NCBI GenBank assembly: GCA_964230645.1
Contig: CAXRHT010000001.1
Location: forward strand, 544,001 to 608,000
Direction: 5' to 3'
DNA length: 64,000 bases
Origin: Bdellovibrionales bacterium
GTDB taxonomy: Bacteria > Bdellovibrionota > Bdellovibrionia > Bdellovibrionales > JAGQZY01
Positions 48,702-58,605 of this stretch are shown one piece after another. A program made the position numbers and the translations under genes. The notes beneath the pieces are model-generated. The model was not told the DNA's origin. It did no database searches and worked only from the letters and a program-made list of their open reading frames with translations. Position 1 is the stretch's first letter; each line of letters opens with the position of its first letter.

Positions 48702-49256
48702 ATGAAAACTGCATTTAAGGTTTTAGCTTTGACTCTTTTAGGAATTTCTTTGAGCTTTTGTAGCTCGACTCCAAAAGAAGATGAAAAAGTGGATTTTGAA
48801 AATCCGCAATATGACAAATACAGCTCCAGTGGTGTTTATCAAGACATCGAGGGAGAATCTCGAAACGTAAGCTCCACAGAATACTCTGATGACGATTACG
48901 GTGCCGTTGAAGGTGATGATGAATCAAACATCTTTGCTGATGACGCTGGTTCAGAAACCGATATCGAAGATCAGAGTGAACCCGCTTCTATGGGGTCAGA
49001 ACCCCTTCCCGTTGAAACTCTTGGAAATTCGGAGCCGGCAACAGAACTTCCTACTAAAAGTGTCTCTCCAAAATTTAAAAATGGAATGTACCGAGTGGGC
49101 AGTGCTTGCACGATGAGAGCTCAACCAAGCACAAGCGCTTCAAAAGAAGGAACGGTTCCTAAGGGTAAAAAGCTTTGGATGGAAGCTCACAATGCAAACT
49201 GGGTGAAAGTTTTTAAGAAAAGCGGACCCGTTTTCATTAATAAAGTTTGTCTATAA
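48702..49256 (+). CDS. Lipoprotein with acidic linker and C-terminal SH3b-like domain
   Basis: GGAGG RBS, LSFCSS lipobox-like signal, MRAQPST..., NWVKV...G..FI pattern. Confidence 0.75.
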   Translation: MKTAFKVLALTLLGISLSFCSSTPKEDEKVDFENPQYDKYSSSGVYQDIEGESRNVSSTEYSDDDYGAVEGDDESNIFADDAGSETDIEDQSEPASMGSEPLPVETLGNSEPATELPTKSVSPKFKNGMYRVGSACTMRAQPSTSASKEGTVPKGKKLWMEAHNANWVKVFKKSGPVFINKVCL

Positions 49257-49760
49257 ATTTAAATTCAATTTCGCCTGACGGATTTGCTCTAGAAGAGACT
49301 CAGCAAAATCCATGTTAGTGCTTTTAGGCTCGCTGCTTTGAACGGTGGGCTTTTCTTTTTCCTTTTCCCTCACCTGTTGGCGAAGCTTTTTGATAGCGGC
49401 CTGAGCCCCTTCAATGGAAAAGCGATCATCATAGAGAAGTTTACGAATCATCAGTGCGGTTTCCACATCTTTTTTCGTATACATGCGCTGACCGTTTTTT
49501 GACTTTTTAGGATGGAGAACATCGAACTCACTCTCCCAGTAACGAAGCACGTACTGTTTAACACCGACGTACTCGGCGGCCTCCCCTATTTTGAAACCAA
49601 ATTTGTCAGGGATGTTTTCAATTTTATCTTGAAGCTTATGAGTGGGAGAAATCCATTCGATTTCGTTATGAGGATTTTCTGGATCCACCTCTGTTGAGGT
49701 GGCCATGACGGCTTGAAATTGCGGGTGAGTTTGTTTTAAAAGTTGTTTCCACTCATTCAT
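49251..49760 (-). CDS. MerR family transcriptional regulator
   Basis: FKIGEAA..VGVK.YVLRYWESEF, P.KS..GQR.Y, LLY...FSIEGA; usual position after ihfA. Confidence 0.9.
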   Translation of the reverse strand: MNEWKQLLKQTHPQFQAVMATSTEVDPENPHNEIEWISPTHKLQDKIENIPDKFGFKIGEAAEYVGVKQYVLRYWESEFDVLHPKKSKNGQRMYTKKDVETALMIRKLLYDDRFSIEGAQAAIKKLRQQVREKEKEKPTVQSSEPKSTNMDFAESLLEQIRQAKLNLNL

Positions 49761-50085
49761 CTTCTGTACCCGTTATGTCCTGACCATTGAGCATGGCTTT
49801 AAGAACCTGACTGGGGCTGAAGTTAAGAACGCGTCTAGCACTGATCGTTATGCGGTCCCCGGTCTGGGGGTTACGACCAATGCGGGATTTTTTCTCCCGA
49901 ACCTCGAACTTACCAAAGCCTGAGATTTTGACCTTTTCTCCTTTAACCAAGCGGTCTTTTAAGGAGCCAAAAACCATCTCCACCAATTCGGAGGCTTCTT
50001 TTTTGGAAAAGCCTATCTTTTCGTAGACCTTTTCCACGATGTCGGCTTTTGTCATTGTTGATTTGGAAATATTCTTTCCTGCCAT
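49753..50085 (-). CDS. ihfA: Integration host factor subunit alpha
   Basis: MTKADIVE, VKISGFGKF, GRNPQTG, I.ARRV..F.PS; follows pheT. Confidence 0.93.
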   Translation of the reverse strand: MAGKNISKSTMTKADIVEKVYEKIGFSKKEASELVEMVFGSLKDRLVKGEKVKISGFGKFEVREKKSRIGRNPQTGDRITISARRVLNFSPSQVLKAMLNGQDITGTEDE

Positions 50086-50151
50086 TTGAGAGCCTCCCGG
50101 GGTCGATGAGTTCTATGTATAGGCTACCAAGTCACTGAAAACTTTCAAGTT

Positions 50152-52587
50152 TTATCGGATTTCCAGACCTAGCTTTTGACAGAGGGAGTTAACCACTTTG
50201 TCACGGATCTCGTTGACCTTTTTATCCTTGAGGGTCTCTTCGGCGCTCTGAAAGCGTAATCGAAAGGCAACAGACCTTTGACCAGCCTCTTTAAGTGCCT
50301 TGTCTTGGTAGATATCAAAAATTTCATGGTGGACAAGCAGTGGTCCAGCTGATTTTTTAATTTCAGAGCTCATGGAACTGGCCTGCACATCTTCCGGGGC
50401 CACAAGAGCAATATCTCTTTCCACAGCCGGGTACTTTGCCAAAGCTTTGAACTTAGGCGAACGAGGCTGACGCTTACTTAAAGCTTCGAAATTAAACTCA
50501 GCCCATGCCACTTCTTGTCGCAATTTGTATTGGTCTTTAATGGAAGGGTGCATCGTTCCCAGCACACCGATCACCTGACCTTCATAAAAAAGGCCCACAG
50601 ATTGGCTGGGATGAAAACCTGGAGGACACTCGTCCATTTTTAATTGATCCCAGCGCCAGTTTCGCCCCCCGATGCTTCGAAGCAAAGCTTCAATAGTACT
50701 TTTTAACTCAAAGACCACTTCGTTTTTATTTTTAGCTTTCCAAAGCCCTTCTTGCTGCCCCCAAAAAACAAGGGCCAGTCTTTTTTCTTCAGAAAAACCG
50801 TCTTCTGTTTTCTGGTGCGTGGAAGAGAGCTCAAAAAGTCTTCCCACCGAATTGCCGCGGCGATCGTTATAAACCAAGTTTTTTAACAAAGAAGGAAGTA
50901 ATGACTCCCTCATGACGGCCAGTTCTTCACTGATGGGGTTTATGAGTTTGACGGAGTCTTTGGAAAAGTTCATTCCAAAGAGAGTCTTTCCCTTTTCACC
51001 CCAAATCTCTTCACTCTGGCCCTCAGCAATAAAGGCATAGTTGAGCCCCTGCTGAACGCCCATTCCCGTTAGAATATCAGAGACCTTGTGGCTGAATTCA
51101 TAATTAAAGTTGTGACGAGTGGGCTCTGTAGAAAGAACGGGAAGTCTTTCTTTAATTTTATCGTAACCATTCACTCGGGCAAACTCTTCTACCAAATCCT
51201 CTTTGATACTAATATCAAAACGATAAGTGGGAGGAGTGACTAAAAGGGTTTCTCCCTTTTTTTCCACTTTACAATTAAGACGCTCCAACCAATTTTTAAG
51301 TTCGCCTTCGCTAACCTCATAACCCAATCTTTGCGCGACGTACGGGGCGGTCACTTCGATCACAGGAGACTGAACGGGTTCAGGATAAATATCCACTTCC
51401 CCTTTTTGCACAACTCCACCGGCCACTTCGGCAATCAAAGAAGCCGCTCTCTTCATGGCATTAAGAGTTTGCTCAGGGTCTACCCCTCTTGAAAAGCGGT
51501 AACAGGAATCGGTTTCAATCCCATGAGCTCTTGCGGTTTTTCTTACACCTTCGGCCGCAAAAAAAGCAGATTCTAAAAAGATGTCTTTTGTTTTCTCTGT
51601 CACCCCGGAGTTTTGACCTCCGACCACTCCGGCCAAAGCCACAGGGCGCTGCCCATCGCGAATCACAAGGTCGGACTCAGAAAGCTCCACTTCAGTTCCA
51701 TCCAGGGTGGTAAATTTTTCTTTGTCCTGGGCTTTTTCGATAACAATTCGAGCGTCTTTGATTTCATCATAGTCAAAGGCATGCAGGGGTTGACCGTACT
51801 CAAACAAAACATAGTTTGTGATATCCACAACATTGTTCACAGAATTAAGGCCAATACTATGAAGCGCATTTTTCAACCAATCCGGACTCGGCCCTACCTT
51901 CACGGAACTTATCATTTTACCGCAGTAACGGGGACAAGCTTGAGAGTCTTTAAGCTCCACCTGAATCCAGTCGTTGATCGACTTTCCTGTTTCCTCAAAG
52001 CTCATTTCTGGTCTTTTTAAAGGGCGATCTAGTAACGAGGATAGCTCCCTAGCCAGCCCCAAATGACTCAAGCAGTCCGCACGATTGGGGGTAACATTCA
52101 GTTCGAAAATAATGTCCGCCAATGTGTCGACCTCTGAAAGGGGGATGCCCACTTTTAAAGAGTCTGGCAGGATAAGAATTCCATCACTTTCTTCGCTTAA
52201 AGCAAGCTCAGAGTCCGAACAAAGCATACCAAAGGATTCGACTCCGCGAATTTTTGATTTTTTAATTTTAAAATTTCCAGGAAGGACTGCGCCCACCTGA
52301 GCCACAGCCACCAAATCTCCTTGCTTGTGGTTTTTGGCTCCACAAACAATTTGAAGATTTTCGTCTTTACCCACATCAACTTGGCAAAGGGTCAGCTTAT
52401 CGGCATCGGGGTGACTTCCTACCTCGATCAATTTTCCAACCACCACTTTATCCCAATTCTCGGCCGGGTTTTGCATCTCTTCGACTTCAAGTCCCGCTTT
52501 GGTCAGAACAGAGGAAAGCTCACCAAGCTTTGTCTTATAATCTTTTAAATCTATATACTGGTTTAACCAATTGAGTGAAATCTTCAT
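50152..52587 (-). CDS. pheT: Phenylalanine--tRNA ligase beta subunit
   Basis: [43 protein letters not shown] motifs. Confidence 0.98.
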   Translation of the reverse strand: MKISLNWLNQYIDLKDYKTKLGELSSVLTKAGLEVEEMQNPAENWDKVVVGKLIEVGSHPDADKLTLCQVDVGKDENLQIVCGAKNHKQGDLVAVAQVGAVLPGNFKIKKSKIRGVESFGMLCSDSELALSEESDGILILPDSLKVGIPLSEVDTLADIIFELNVTPNRADCLSHLGLARELSSLLDRPLKRPEMSFEETGKSINDWIQVELKDSQACPRYCGKMISSVKVGPSPDWLKNALHSIGLNSVNNVVDITNYVLFEYGQPLHAFDYDEIKDARIVIEKAQDKEKFTTLDGTEVELSESDLVIRDGQRPVALAGVVGGQNSGVTEKTKDIFLESAFFAAEGVRKTARAHGIETDSCYRFSRGVDPEQTLNAMKRAASLIAEVAGGVVQKGEVDIYPEPVQSPVIEVTAPYVAQRLGYEVSEGELKNWLERLNCKVEKKGETLLVTPPTYRFDISIKEDLVEEFARVNGYDKIKERLPVLSTEPTRHNFNYEFSHKVSDILTGMGVQQGLNYAFIAEGQSEEIWGEKGKTLFGMNFSKDSVKLINPISEELAVMRESLLPSLLKNLVYNDRRGNSVGRLFELSSTHQKTEDGFSEEKRLALVFWGQQEGLWKAKNKNEVVFELKSTIEALLRSIGGRNWRWDQLKMDECPPGFHPSQSVGLFYEGQVIGVLGTMHPSIKDQYKLRQEVAWAEFNFEALSKRQPRSPKFKALAKYPAVERDIALVAPEDVQASSMSSEIKKSAGPLLVHHEIFDIYQDKALKEAGQRSVAFRLRFQSAEETLKDKKVNEIRDKVVNSLCQKLGLEIR

Positions 52588-53609
52588 TTTTCAAACTGCC
52601 TTAAAAAACGTAAATCATTTTCTACAAAGAGGCGAATATCATTGATGCCATATTTAATAATCGCCATGCGCTCAATCCCAAACCCAAAGGCAAAGCCTTG
52701 CCACTCTTCGGGATCAATCCCCGCCTGTTTTAAAACATTGGGATGGACAAGACCGCTGCCACCGATCTCAATCCAACCGGTTTGTGAGCACATTTTACAC
52801 CCCTTACTTTTACATAAGGGACAGGAGCAATCCACCTCTGCCGAAGGCTCGGTGAAAGGAAAAAAGCTGGGGCGAAACCTTGTTTTAATTTCGGGACCAA
52901 AAAACTCTTTTACAAAAAAGGAAATCGTCCCCTTGAGGTCCGCCATAGAAACCTCTTTATCAACCAGCAAAGCTTCGATTTGATGGAAGTTCGGAGAGTG
53001 GGAGGCGTCGCTATCATGACGGAACACACTGCCAGGTGCCAGCACCCGAATGGGGGGCTTTTCATTTTCCATGGTGTGAATTTGCACAGGACTTGTATGG
53101 GTTCTTAAAACGGCCCCACCCTCGACATAAAAAGTGTCCTGCATATCACGGGCGGGATGATTTTCTGGAATATTAAGAGCATTGAAATTGTAATGGTCGG
53201 TTTCTACCATGGGGCCTGAGCGGACGGAAAAACCCACGCGATTGAGGATATCCACAATCTCACGGATGACTCGGTGGATGGGATGGGTGGCTCCTTTTTC
53301 AAGGGCTGGGCCAGGCAAAGAGAGATCAAGGGTCTCAGTTTTAAGCTTTTCATTGAGTTCTTTGGATTTGAGGCTTTTTTCCTGCTTGTCGTACTGACCC
53401 TGCAGCTCCGCGCGCACCAAATTTACTTTTTTACCAAATTCGGGACGCTCCTCTTTAGGGAGACCACCAAGCTCTTTCATTAGTAGCGAAAGGGAGCCCT
53501 GTTTTCCAAAAAATTGTACTTTTACCTGGTAAAGGGAATCACTCGAAGAGGCCTCCCCAATGGCTTTTTGAGCCTCGTCTTTGATCTTTTGCAACTTTTC
53601 TATTAGCAT
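52584..53609 (-). CDS. pheS: Phenylalanine--tRNA ligase alpha subunit
   Basis: [42 protein letters not shown] motifs. Confidence 0.98.
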   Translation of the reverse strand: MLIEKLQKIKDEAQKAIGEASSSDSLYQVKVQFFGKQGSLSLLMKELGGLPKEERPEFGKKVNLVRAELQGQYDKQEKSLKSKELNEKLKTETLDLSLPGPALEKGATHPIHRVIREIVDILNRVGFSVRSGPMVETDHYNFNALNIPENHPARDMQDTFYVEGGAVLRTHTSPVQIHTMENEKPPIRVLAPGSVFRHDSDASHSPNFHQIEALLVDKEVSMADLKGTISFFVKEFFGPEIKTRFRPSFFPFTEPSAEVDCSCPLCKSKGCKMCSQTGWIEIGGSGLVHPNVLKQAGIDPEEWQGFAFGFGIERMAIIKYGINDIRLFVENDLRFLRQFEK

Positions 53610-53659
53610 GCCCCATATTTCGATATTTGGTGAATATTTTCAACTGATTCGGTGGTAGC

Positions 53660-54430
53660 GTGGCGCATAAAAACTCCTCTAATTGGAGCCCCTACAAGGG
53701 CAACAAAAACACTCCCAAAAAGGGCGTTCACAAGAAACCCATTCGCATTTTTAAGTTTGGCGAAGCCAGCGATCGGCTCCGAGATCTTTTTTTCAATCAC
53801 GGCTTTGATAAAAAAATCGATATTGAAAAAAGAGAGCAATTTGCAAGATTTTATATTCTCCTTATGGAGAATCAAAAAAAGCAAAACTTCACTCGGCTCA
53901 CCTCCATCAAAGATATCGCCATTAAGCATTTTATTGACTCCATCATCATCGACAAACACACCCCTTTAAAATTTCCTCTCCTCGATATGGGAACAGGCCC
54001 CGGCTTTCCCGGAGTCCCTCTTAAGATAATGATCGGGGCTGAGAAAAAAATCATTCTCGCTGAAGGGGTGCAAAAAAGGGTCAGCTTCCTTAAAAAAGTG
54101 CGAGAGGAACTAAAACTTGAAAACTTGGACATCATCGGACGTAACGTCAACGAAGAGTTTCACTACCCGGTAGAGGGTGTGATCACAAGAGCGGTCGAAG
54201 ACGCCTCTAACACTCTAGGCAATGTAATGAATTGTCTGCAAACTGGGGGCTGCGTTTACCTAATGAAAGGCCCACAAGTGGACCCTGAAGTTAAAAAAGC
54301 GGAAAAAATTTGGGGTCAGTACTATAAATTAGAAAAAGACAAATCTTATAGTCTTCCTAAAACCCCTCACAAAAGAAGACTTCTAGTTTATCGAAAAATC
54401 AAACATAAGGAATTGAGAGATGAAAATTGA
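53660..54430 (+). CDS. rsmG: 16S rRNA m7G527 methyltransferase
   Basis: N.TR, KHFIDS, DMGTGPGFPGVPL, KRV.FL, TRA, MKG motifs. Confidence 0.9.
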   Translation: MAHKNSSNWSPYKGNKNTPKKGVHKKPIRIFKFGEASDRLRDLFFNHGFDKKIDIEKREQFARFYILLMENQKKQNFTRLTSIKDIAIKHFIDSIIIDKHTPLKFPLLDMGTGPGFPGVPLKIMIGAEKKIILAEGVQKRVSFLKKVREELKLENLDIIGRNVNEEFHYPVEGVITRAVEDASNTLGNVMNCLQTGGCVYLMKGPQVDPEVKKAEKIWGQYYKLEKDKSYSLPKTPHKRRLLVYRKIKHKELRDEN

Positions 54431-55142
54431 GAGTGCTCAAAATAAAACTTATAAAAAGCTTTTAAGCCTTACAAAGAGCAAAGGAATTCGTGAGCATTCT
54501 CAGAGCTTAGTCAGCGGAGAAAAAATTACGGCCGAAATTTCACGCCTGGCTAAAAGAGACTCTTTTTGGATCCTTCCTGAAGGAGAGGACCACCCTCAAA
54601 CGCCCAAGAAACAGGATATTGAAATTTCAAAAAAACTATTCAAGGCTCTTGATGTGTGTGGGACTAAGAAACCCCTTTTGTGTGTGGACGTTCCAAAAAT
54701 CAACAGTATGAAAAGTCTAAATCCAGAGGAGCCAGCATTGTTTGTCGCCTTAAGTGATCCCACCAACTTGGGGGCTCTTATTCGAACCTGTGCCGCCTTT
54801 GACTGGCAACAAATTGTTCTTCTAAAAGAGGCCGCTCACCCTTTTTTACCCAAAGCCATTCGCGCAGCGAGTGGCACTTGTTTTGCCTCCCGCTTTTTTG
54901 AAGGGCCCTCAATTAAAGACCTCTCCGATCCAGAGGTTTTAGCTTTGGATATGGAGGGTCGTAACCTGAAAAAATCAGACATCCCAAAAAATCTAAAACT
55001 TCTTGTGGGTGAAGAGGGACAAGGGGTGCCCAGTACTTTTCCAGGAAGAAAGGTGCAGATCCCGATTTCCAATCGAGTGGAGTCTTTAAACGCCACAATT
55101 GCTGCTAGCTTTTTGGTCTATGAGTGGAGTAAAAACCACTGA
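54420..55142 (+). CDS. TrmH/SpoU family RNA methyltransferase
   Basis: DPTNLGALIRT, VGEEGQG, IP...VESLNA motifs. Confidence 0.9.
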   Translation: MKIESAQNKTYKKLLSLTKSKGIREHSQSLVSGEKITAEISRLAKRDSFWILPEGEDHPQTPKKQDIEISKKLFKALDVCGTKKPLLCVDVPKINSMKSLNPEEPALFVALSDPTNLGALIRTCAAFDWQQIVLLKEAAHPFLPKAIRAASGTCFASRFFEGPSIKDLSDPEVLALDMEGRNLKKSDIPKNLKLLVGEEGQGVPSTFPGRKVQIPISNRVESLNATIAASFLVYEWSKNH

Positions 55143-55158
55143 TGGATAGGAAAGAGCG

Positions 55159-56496
55159 ATGCTAGAACTCCAGAGCTTTGTTGGGATTCTTGTTTTCCTA
55201 GGCATAGCCTACGCATTCTCCAATAACCGTCGTGAAATTTCATGGAGAATTGTTGTCTCAGGCCTTGCAATGCAGTTGCTTTTGGCTCTTCTCGTAATTG
55301 GCATTCCAAAGCTTGGTTACAACGGTCCCCTCCGCTTTCTTTTTGGAGCCGCCAATGATGCCATATTGAAGTTGCTGAGCTTCACCAATAAAGGAAGCGA
55401 GTTTCTCTTTGGAGATCTCGTAGACCCTGAAAAAAGCGGATTTATCATCGTCTTTCAAGTCCTCCCCATTATAATATTTCTCTCGTCTCTTATGACTGTT
55501 CTTTATCACATGGGTGTGATGCAGAAAATTGTGAATCTTTTTGCTTTGGTGATGCAAAAGTTTTTAAAACTTAGTGGAGCCGAGTCTCTGGCTGCTGCGG
55601 CCAACGTCTTCGTGGGACAAACTGAAGCCCCCTTAATTATTCGCCCCTATCTAAAAAGAATGACCTCTTCTGAGCTTTTCTCCCTTATGACAGGAGGAAT
55701 GGCTACCATCGCAGGTTCAGTTATGGCCGCCTATGTTGGCCTTTTGCAAAACGCCATTCCTGATATTGGCGGACACCTTTTAACAGCGAGTCTTCTCTCA
55801 GCTCCTGCAGCACTGATCATTGCAAAGATCATGGTGCCAGAGACCCAGAGACCTGAAACCCTTGGGCGAATTCCTCAAGAAAAAGTCCTAGGTCACGCTA
55901 ACTTGATTGATGCGGCAGCCAGTGGTGCCAGTGACGGTCTAAAACTAACTGCCAATGTGGCTGCCATGCTCTTAGCCTTTGTGGCTCTCATTGCCATGGT
56001 GGACGCTCTTTTTATTTATTTGGGTGAGCAAGCCTACTGGTTTATTGATTTCACTCTGAACACTTTTGCAAACTGGACCGGCCAGACAGAAGCCTCTGGA
56101 TGGACAGCTTTTAACTATAAATCCACACTTCCCGAACTCTCTCTTTCCTGGATCCTAAGTTGGGTCTTCACTCCGATTGCTTTTTTCATCGGAATACCGG
56201 TGAGTGACCTTGGAATGGCTGGCACTATGATTGGTAAAAAAATTGTTTTTAACGAATTTATTGCTTACCTTGATTTGGCCAAACTCACCGATCAGCTCAA
56301 TCCCCGCACATCTATTATTCTCTCCTACGCCCTTTGTGGTTTCGCCAATTTTTCATCCATTGCTATTCAAATTGGCGGTATCGGTCCCCTCGTTCCTGAG
56401 AGAAGACGAGAGCTGGCCCAGTTTGGCATTCGCTCTGTCATCGGAGGGAGTCTTGCGGCCTTCTTAACCGCTTGCCTAGCGGGTCTGCTGATTTAG
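55159..56496 (+). CDS. NupC/CNT family concentrative nucleoside transporter
   Basis: FVGQTEAPL, GMATIAGSV, NEFIAY, YALCGFANFSS motifs. Confidence 0.93.
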   Translation: MLELQSFVGILVFLGIAYAFSNNRREISWRIVVSGLAMQLLLALLVIGIPKLGYNGPLRFLFGAANDAILKLLSFTNKGSEFLFGDLVDPEKSGFIIVFQVLPIIIFLSSLMTVLYHMGVMQKIVNLFALVMQKFLKLSGAESLAAAANVFVGQTEAPLIIRPYLKRMTSSELFSLMTGGMATIAGSVMAAYVGLLQNAIPDIGGHLLTASLLSAPAALIIAKIMVPETQRPETLGRIPQEKVLGHANLIDAAASGASDGLKLTANVAAMLLAFVALIAMVDALFIYLGEQAYWFIDFTLNTFANWTGQTEASGWTAFNYKSTLPELSLSWILSWVFTPIAFFIGIPVSDLGMAGTMIGKKIVFNEFIAYLDLAKLTDQLNPRTSIILSYALCGFANFSSIAIQIGGIGPLVPERRRELAQFGIRSVIGGSLAAFLTACLAGLLI

Positions 56497-56523
56497 ACCA
56501 TGGTTTAGTTTTTTGTAAAAAAC

Positions 56524-56550
56524 TTAAGTGAAGGCATCAAACGCCGATAG
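56524..56550 (+). promoter_or_regulatory. Putative sigma28 (FliA) promoter
   Basis: TTAAG-N14-GCCGATAG, close to the TAAAG/TCAAG-N14-GCCGATAA consensus. Confidence 0.6.
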
Positions 56551-56556
56551 GAAATC

Positions 56557-56661
56557 ATAACGGTAATCGCCGCCTATTGGGGGATAAGTAACGAAGTCAG
56601 ATATGCATCTTAGCTCGTTCATCAGTGGCACGTTGTGCGGTATTATCGTTTTTTCTTTTTT
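56557..56661 (+). ncRNA. Candidate structured small RNA (~95-105 nt long hairpin ending in a U-tract)
   Basis: AACGGTAATCGCCGC (56559-56573) pairs with GCGGTATTATCGTT (56637-56650); inner stems CTATTGG/TCAGTGG, AACGA/TCGTT, AGAT/ATCT; followed by a T-rich tract. Confidence 0.45.
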
Positions 56662-56841
56662 CACCTCTTATATTCATGCAAAAAAATAGACAAATCTCCC
56701 TACACTTACCCGTCGACTCGATCTCAGAGCTCAATCAAATCCATTCTTCTCAGGTGTGTTTCATAGTGAGAATCACTTTTTTAAAACGACGGTTTTTTTC
56801 CTATAATAATAGACAGGGATAATTCATAGGGTGGGAAATCA

Positions 56842-58605
56842 ATGAAAAAGTTTGTTTTGATTCTTTTGATATTCAGCTTTCCGCTGTTTCAAAACTGTTC
56901 GCCTTTTAACTCTTCTGATGAGTTTCAAGCGCAGAGCCTATCAGGTCTTGAGTCCCTAACTTGCCAAGCAAACGACCCACGTATTCCAAAAGTCTCTCCT
57001 TTAAGAAGAATCGGTAAAGTCGAACTGAAATATATGCTCGAAGACTTGTTTGAAAAATATATGAATCAAAATCAATTGAAGAACCTCTTGGATGCCATTG
57101 CTTCCGACCTAGAAAACATACCAGACGATCATGTCGACAGAGGAGCTAATGTTGCTGACTTTAGAGTTTCCAAAAACCACGTGGAGTCTTTGTTTTTATT
57201 AAGCGAAAGCATTGTTGATCATCTATCCACTCAAAACCAAGTCATGAACAATCTGATCGGCTCCTGCTACAGTAACCCGGATGAGAACTGTAAGGAAAAC
57301 TTCCTTAAAAACTTTGGTTTGCGTGCGTTCAGGCGTCCTTTGAGTCCTGAGGATATCGCCCACTTTCTCGGTGTCATGGATGGGCACTCCAATCCCTTTA
57401 AAAACGCTTTGGTTGCGATCCTTAACTCCCCTGCTTTTTACTACCATATTCAAGCTGGAGATAGTGCCTCCTCAACTGACAATGCTGTGATTTCTCTTGG
57501 TCCTTATGAGAGAGCCTCAAAACTATCGTTTTTCTTTTTACGAAGCCTTCCTGACGACGAGCTTTTAGAATCCGCTCGAAGTGGTGAAATAATGACTCCG
57601 CTTGGAGTGAGCAAACAAGTGGAGCGACTCATTAAAGATCCTCTTGTACGCAAAAGACTCACAAGAAGCTTTACTGACGAATGGCTTCACATTGAAGCAA
57701 CATCCGATCTCAACACCAACATCCAAGAGGTACAAGCGCGTTTGCAGGACATCGATCCGAATATCGAAGGTGATGATTTAAAAAATAGCCTTATCGCGGA
57801 AGTTTATGACTTTATGGACTATCTAATTTGGGAACAACAAGCGAATTTCAACCAACTGATGACAAGTAACTTAGTTTTTCCTCGTAACCAAGCGCTTGCT
57901 AATATTTACGGAACTGATCAATGGGATGGTTCTTATGACCTAGCCAAGCTTGTGCGCGCTCCTCAAGGTCAAAGAGCCGGGGTTCTTACTCAGGCGCATT
58001 TCCTTTATACAGGTTCTGCAGGAACGCGACCGATTATGCGAGGAGTTCACGTTTATGAGGATTTTCTTTGCGGAGATCTGAGCCTGCCACCAAATAACGA
58101 CACTCCTGAGGGGGTGATGATCACAGATGACATGACCGATCAAGAGTATGTGCGTGCGATTACAGAAAAGGAAGGCTCAAGCTGTGTGGGTTGCCATAAA
58201 AACATTATCAACCCAATAGGCTTTTCCTTTGATAACTTCGATGCCTTTGGAAAGTTTAGAACTCAGGAGAGAGTCTTTCAGCCAGAAGAGTCGCCCATGG
58301 CAGGACAGGTCTTAACCACGAAACCAATCTCTACCTATGCCGAGATCAATTTGACCGACCGTCTTGAAGGGCAATTTGAAAGTGTGGTGGACATCGCCCA
58401 TCACTTGGGAAAAAGCGCTCAGGCCAATGCCTGCTTTACCACCAAACTTTGGAACTTTGCCCAAAAGCAAGAGGCAAAACTTGGAACAGACCCTTGTGCA
58501 GTCAATTCTGTTTACGCGAAAGTCTCGTCGAGTGAATCAAGCATTATTGAAGCTTTCAAAGAGATCGCTCTGCAGCCGGAATTTATGAAAAGGACATTGC
58601 AATGA
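56842..58605 (+). CDS. DUF1592/DUF1588/DUF1595-type lipoprotein with CxxCH (copy 2)
   Basis: LFQNC lipobox, RAFRRPL, SPAFYYH, PDDELL, RAGVLTQ, TRPIMRG, CVGCH...NPIGF.FDNFD..G.FR. Confidence 0.85.
   Translation: MKKFVLILLIFSFPLFQNCSPFNSSDEFQAQSLSGLESLTCQANDPRIPKVSPLRRIGKVELKYMLEDLFEKYMNQNQLKNLLDAIASDLENIPDDHVDRGANVADFRVSKNHVESLFLLSESIVDHLSTQNQVMNNLIGSCYSNPDENCKENFLKNFGLRAFRRPLSPEDIAHFLGVMDGHSNPFKNALVAILNSPAFYYHIQAGDSASSTDNAVISLGPYERASKLSFFFLRSLPDDELLESARSGEIMTPLGVSKQVERLIKDPLVRKRLTRSFTDEWLHIEATSDLNTNIQEVQARLQDIDPNIEGDDLKNSLIAEVYDFMDYLIWEQQANFNQLMTSNLVFPRNQALANIYGTDQWDGSYDLAKLVRAPQGQRAGVLTQAHFLYTGSAGTRPIMRGVHVYEDFLCGDLSLPPNNDTPEGVMITDDMTDQEYVRAITEKEGSSCVGCHKNIINPIGFSFDNFDAFGKFRTQERVFQPEESPMAGQVLTTKPISTYAEINLTDRLEGQFESVVDIAHHLGKSAQANACFTTKLWNFAQKQEAKLGTDPCAVNSVYAKVSSSESSIIEAFKEIALQPEFMKRTLQ

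Noticed and set aside
53603..53969. ORFs 53603-53959(-) and 53652-53969(+)
   Set aside because: Shadow frames overlapping rsmG; the same applies to the many short ORFs nested in or antisense to the called genes.
56557..56660. Hammerhead ribozyme, c-di-GMP, cobalamin or fluoride riboswitch, or SRP RNA
   Set aside because: The minus strand has CTGATGA and GCCACTG but lacks the GAAA core and other required elements; no GEMM or SRP GGAA-loop motif is visible.
56625..56822. 65-aa ORF upstream of DUF1592 copy 2
   Set aside because: No RBS; it runs through a U-tract and the promoter region of the next gene.
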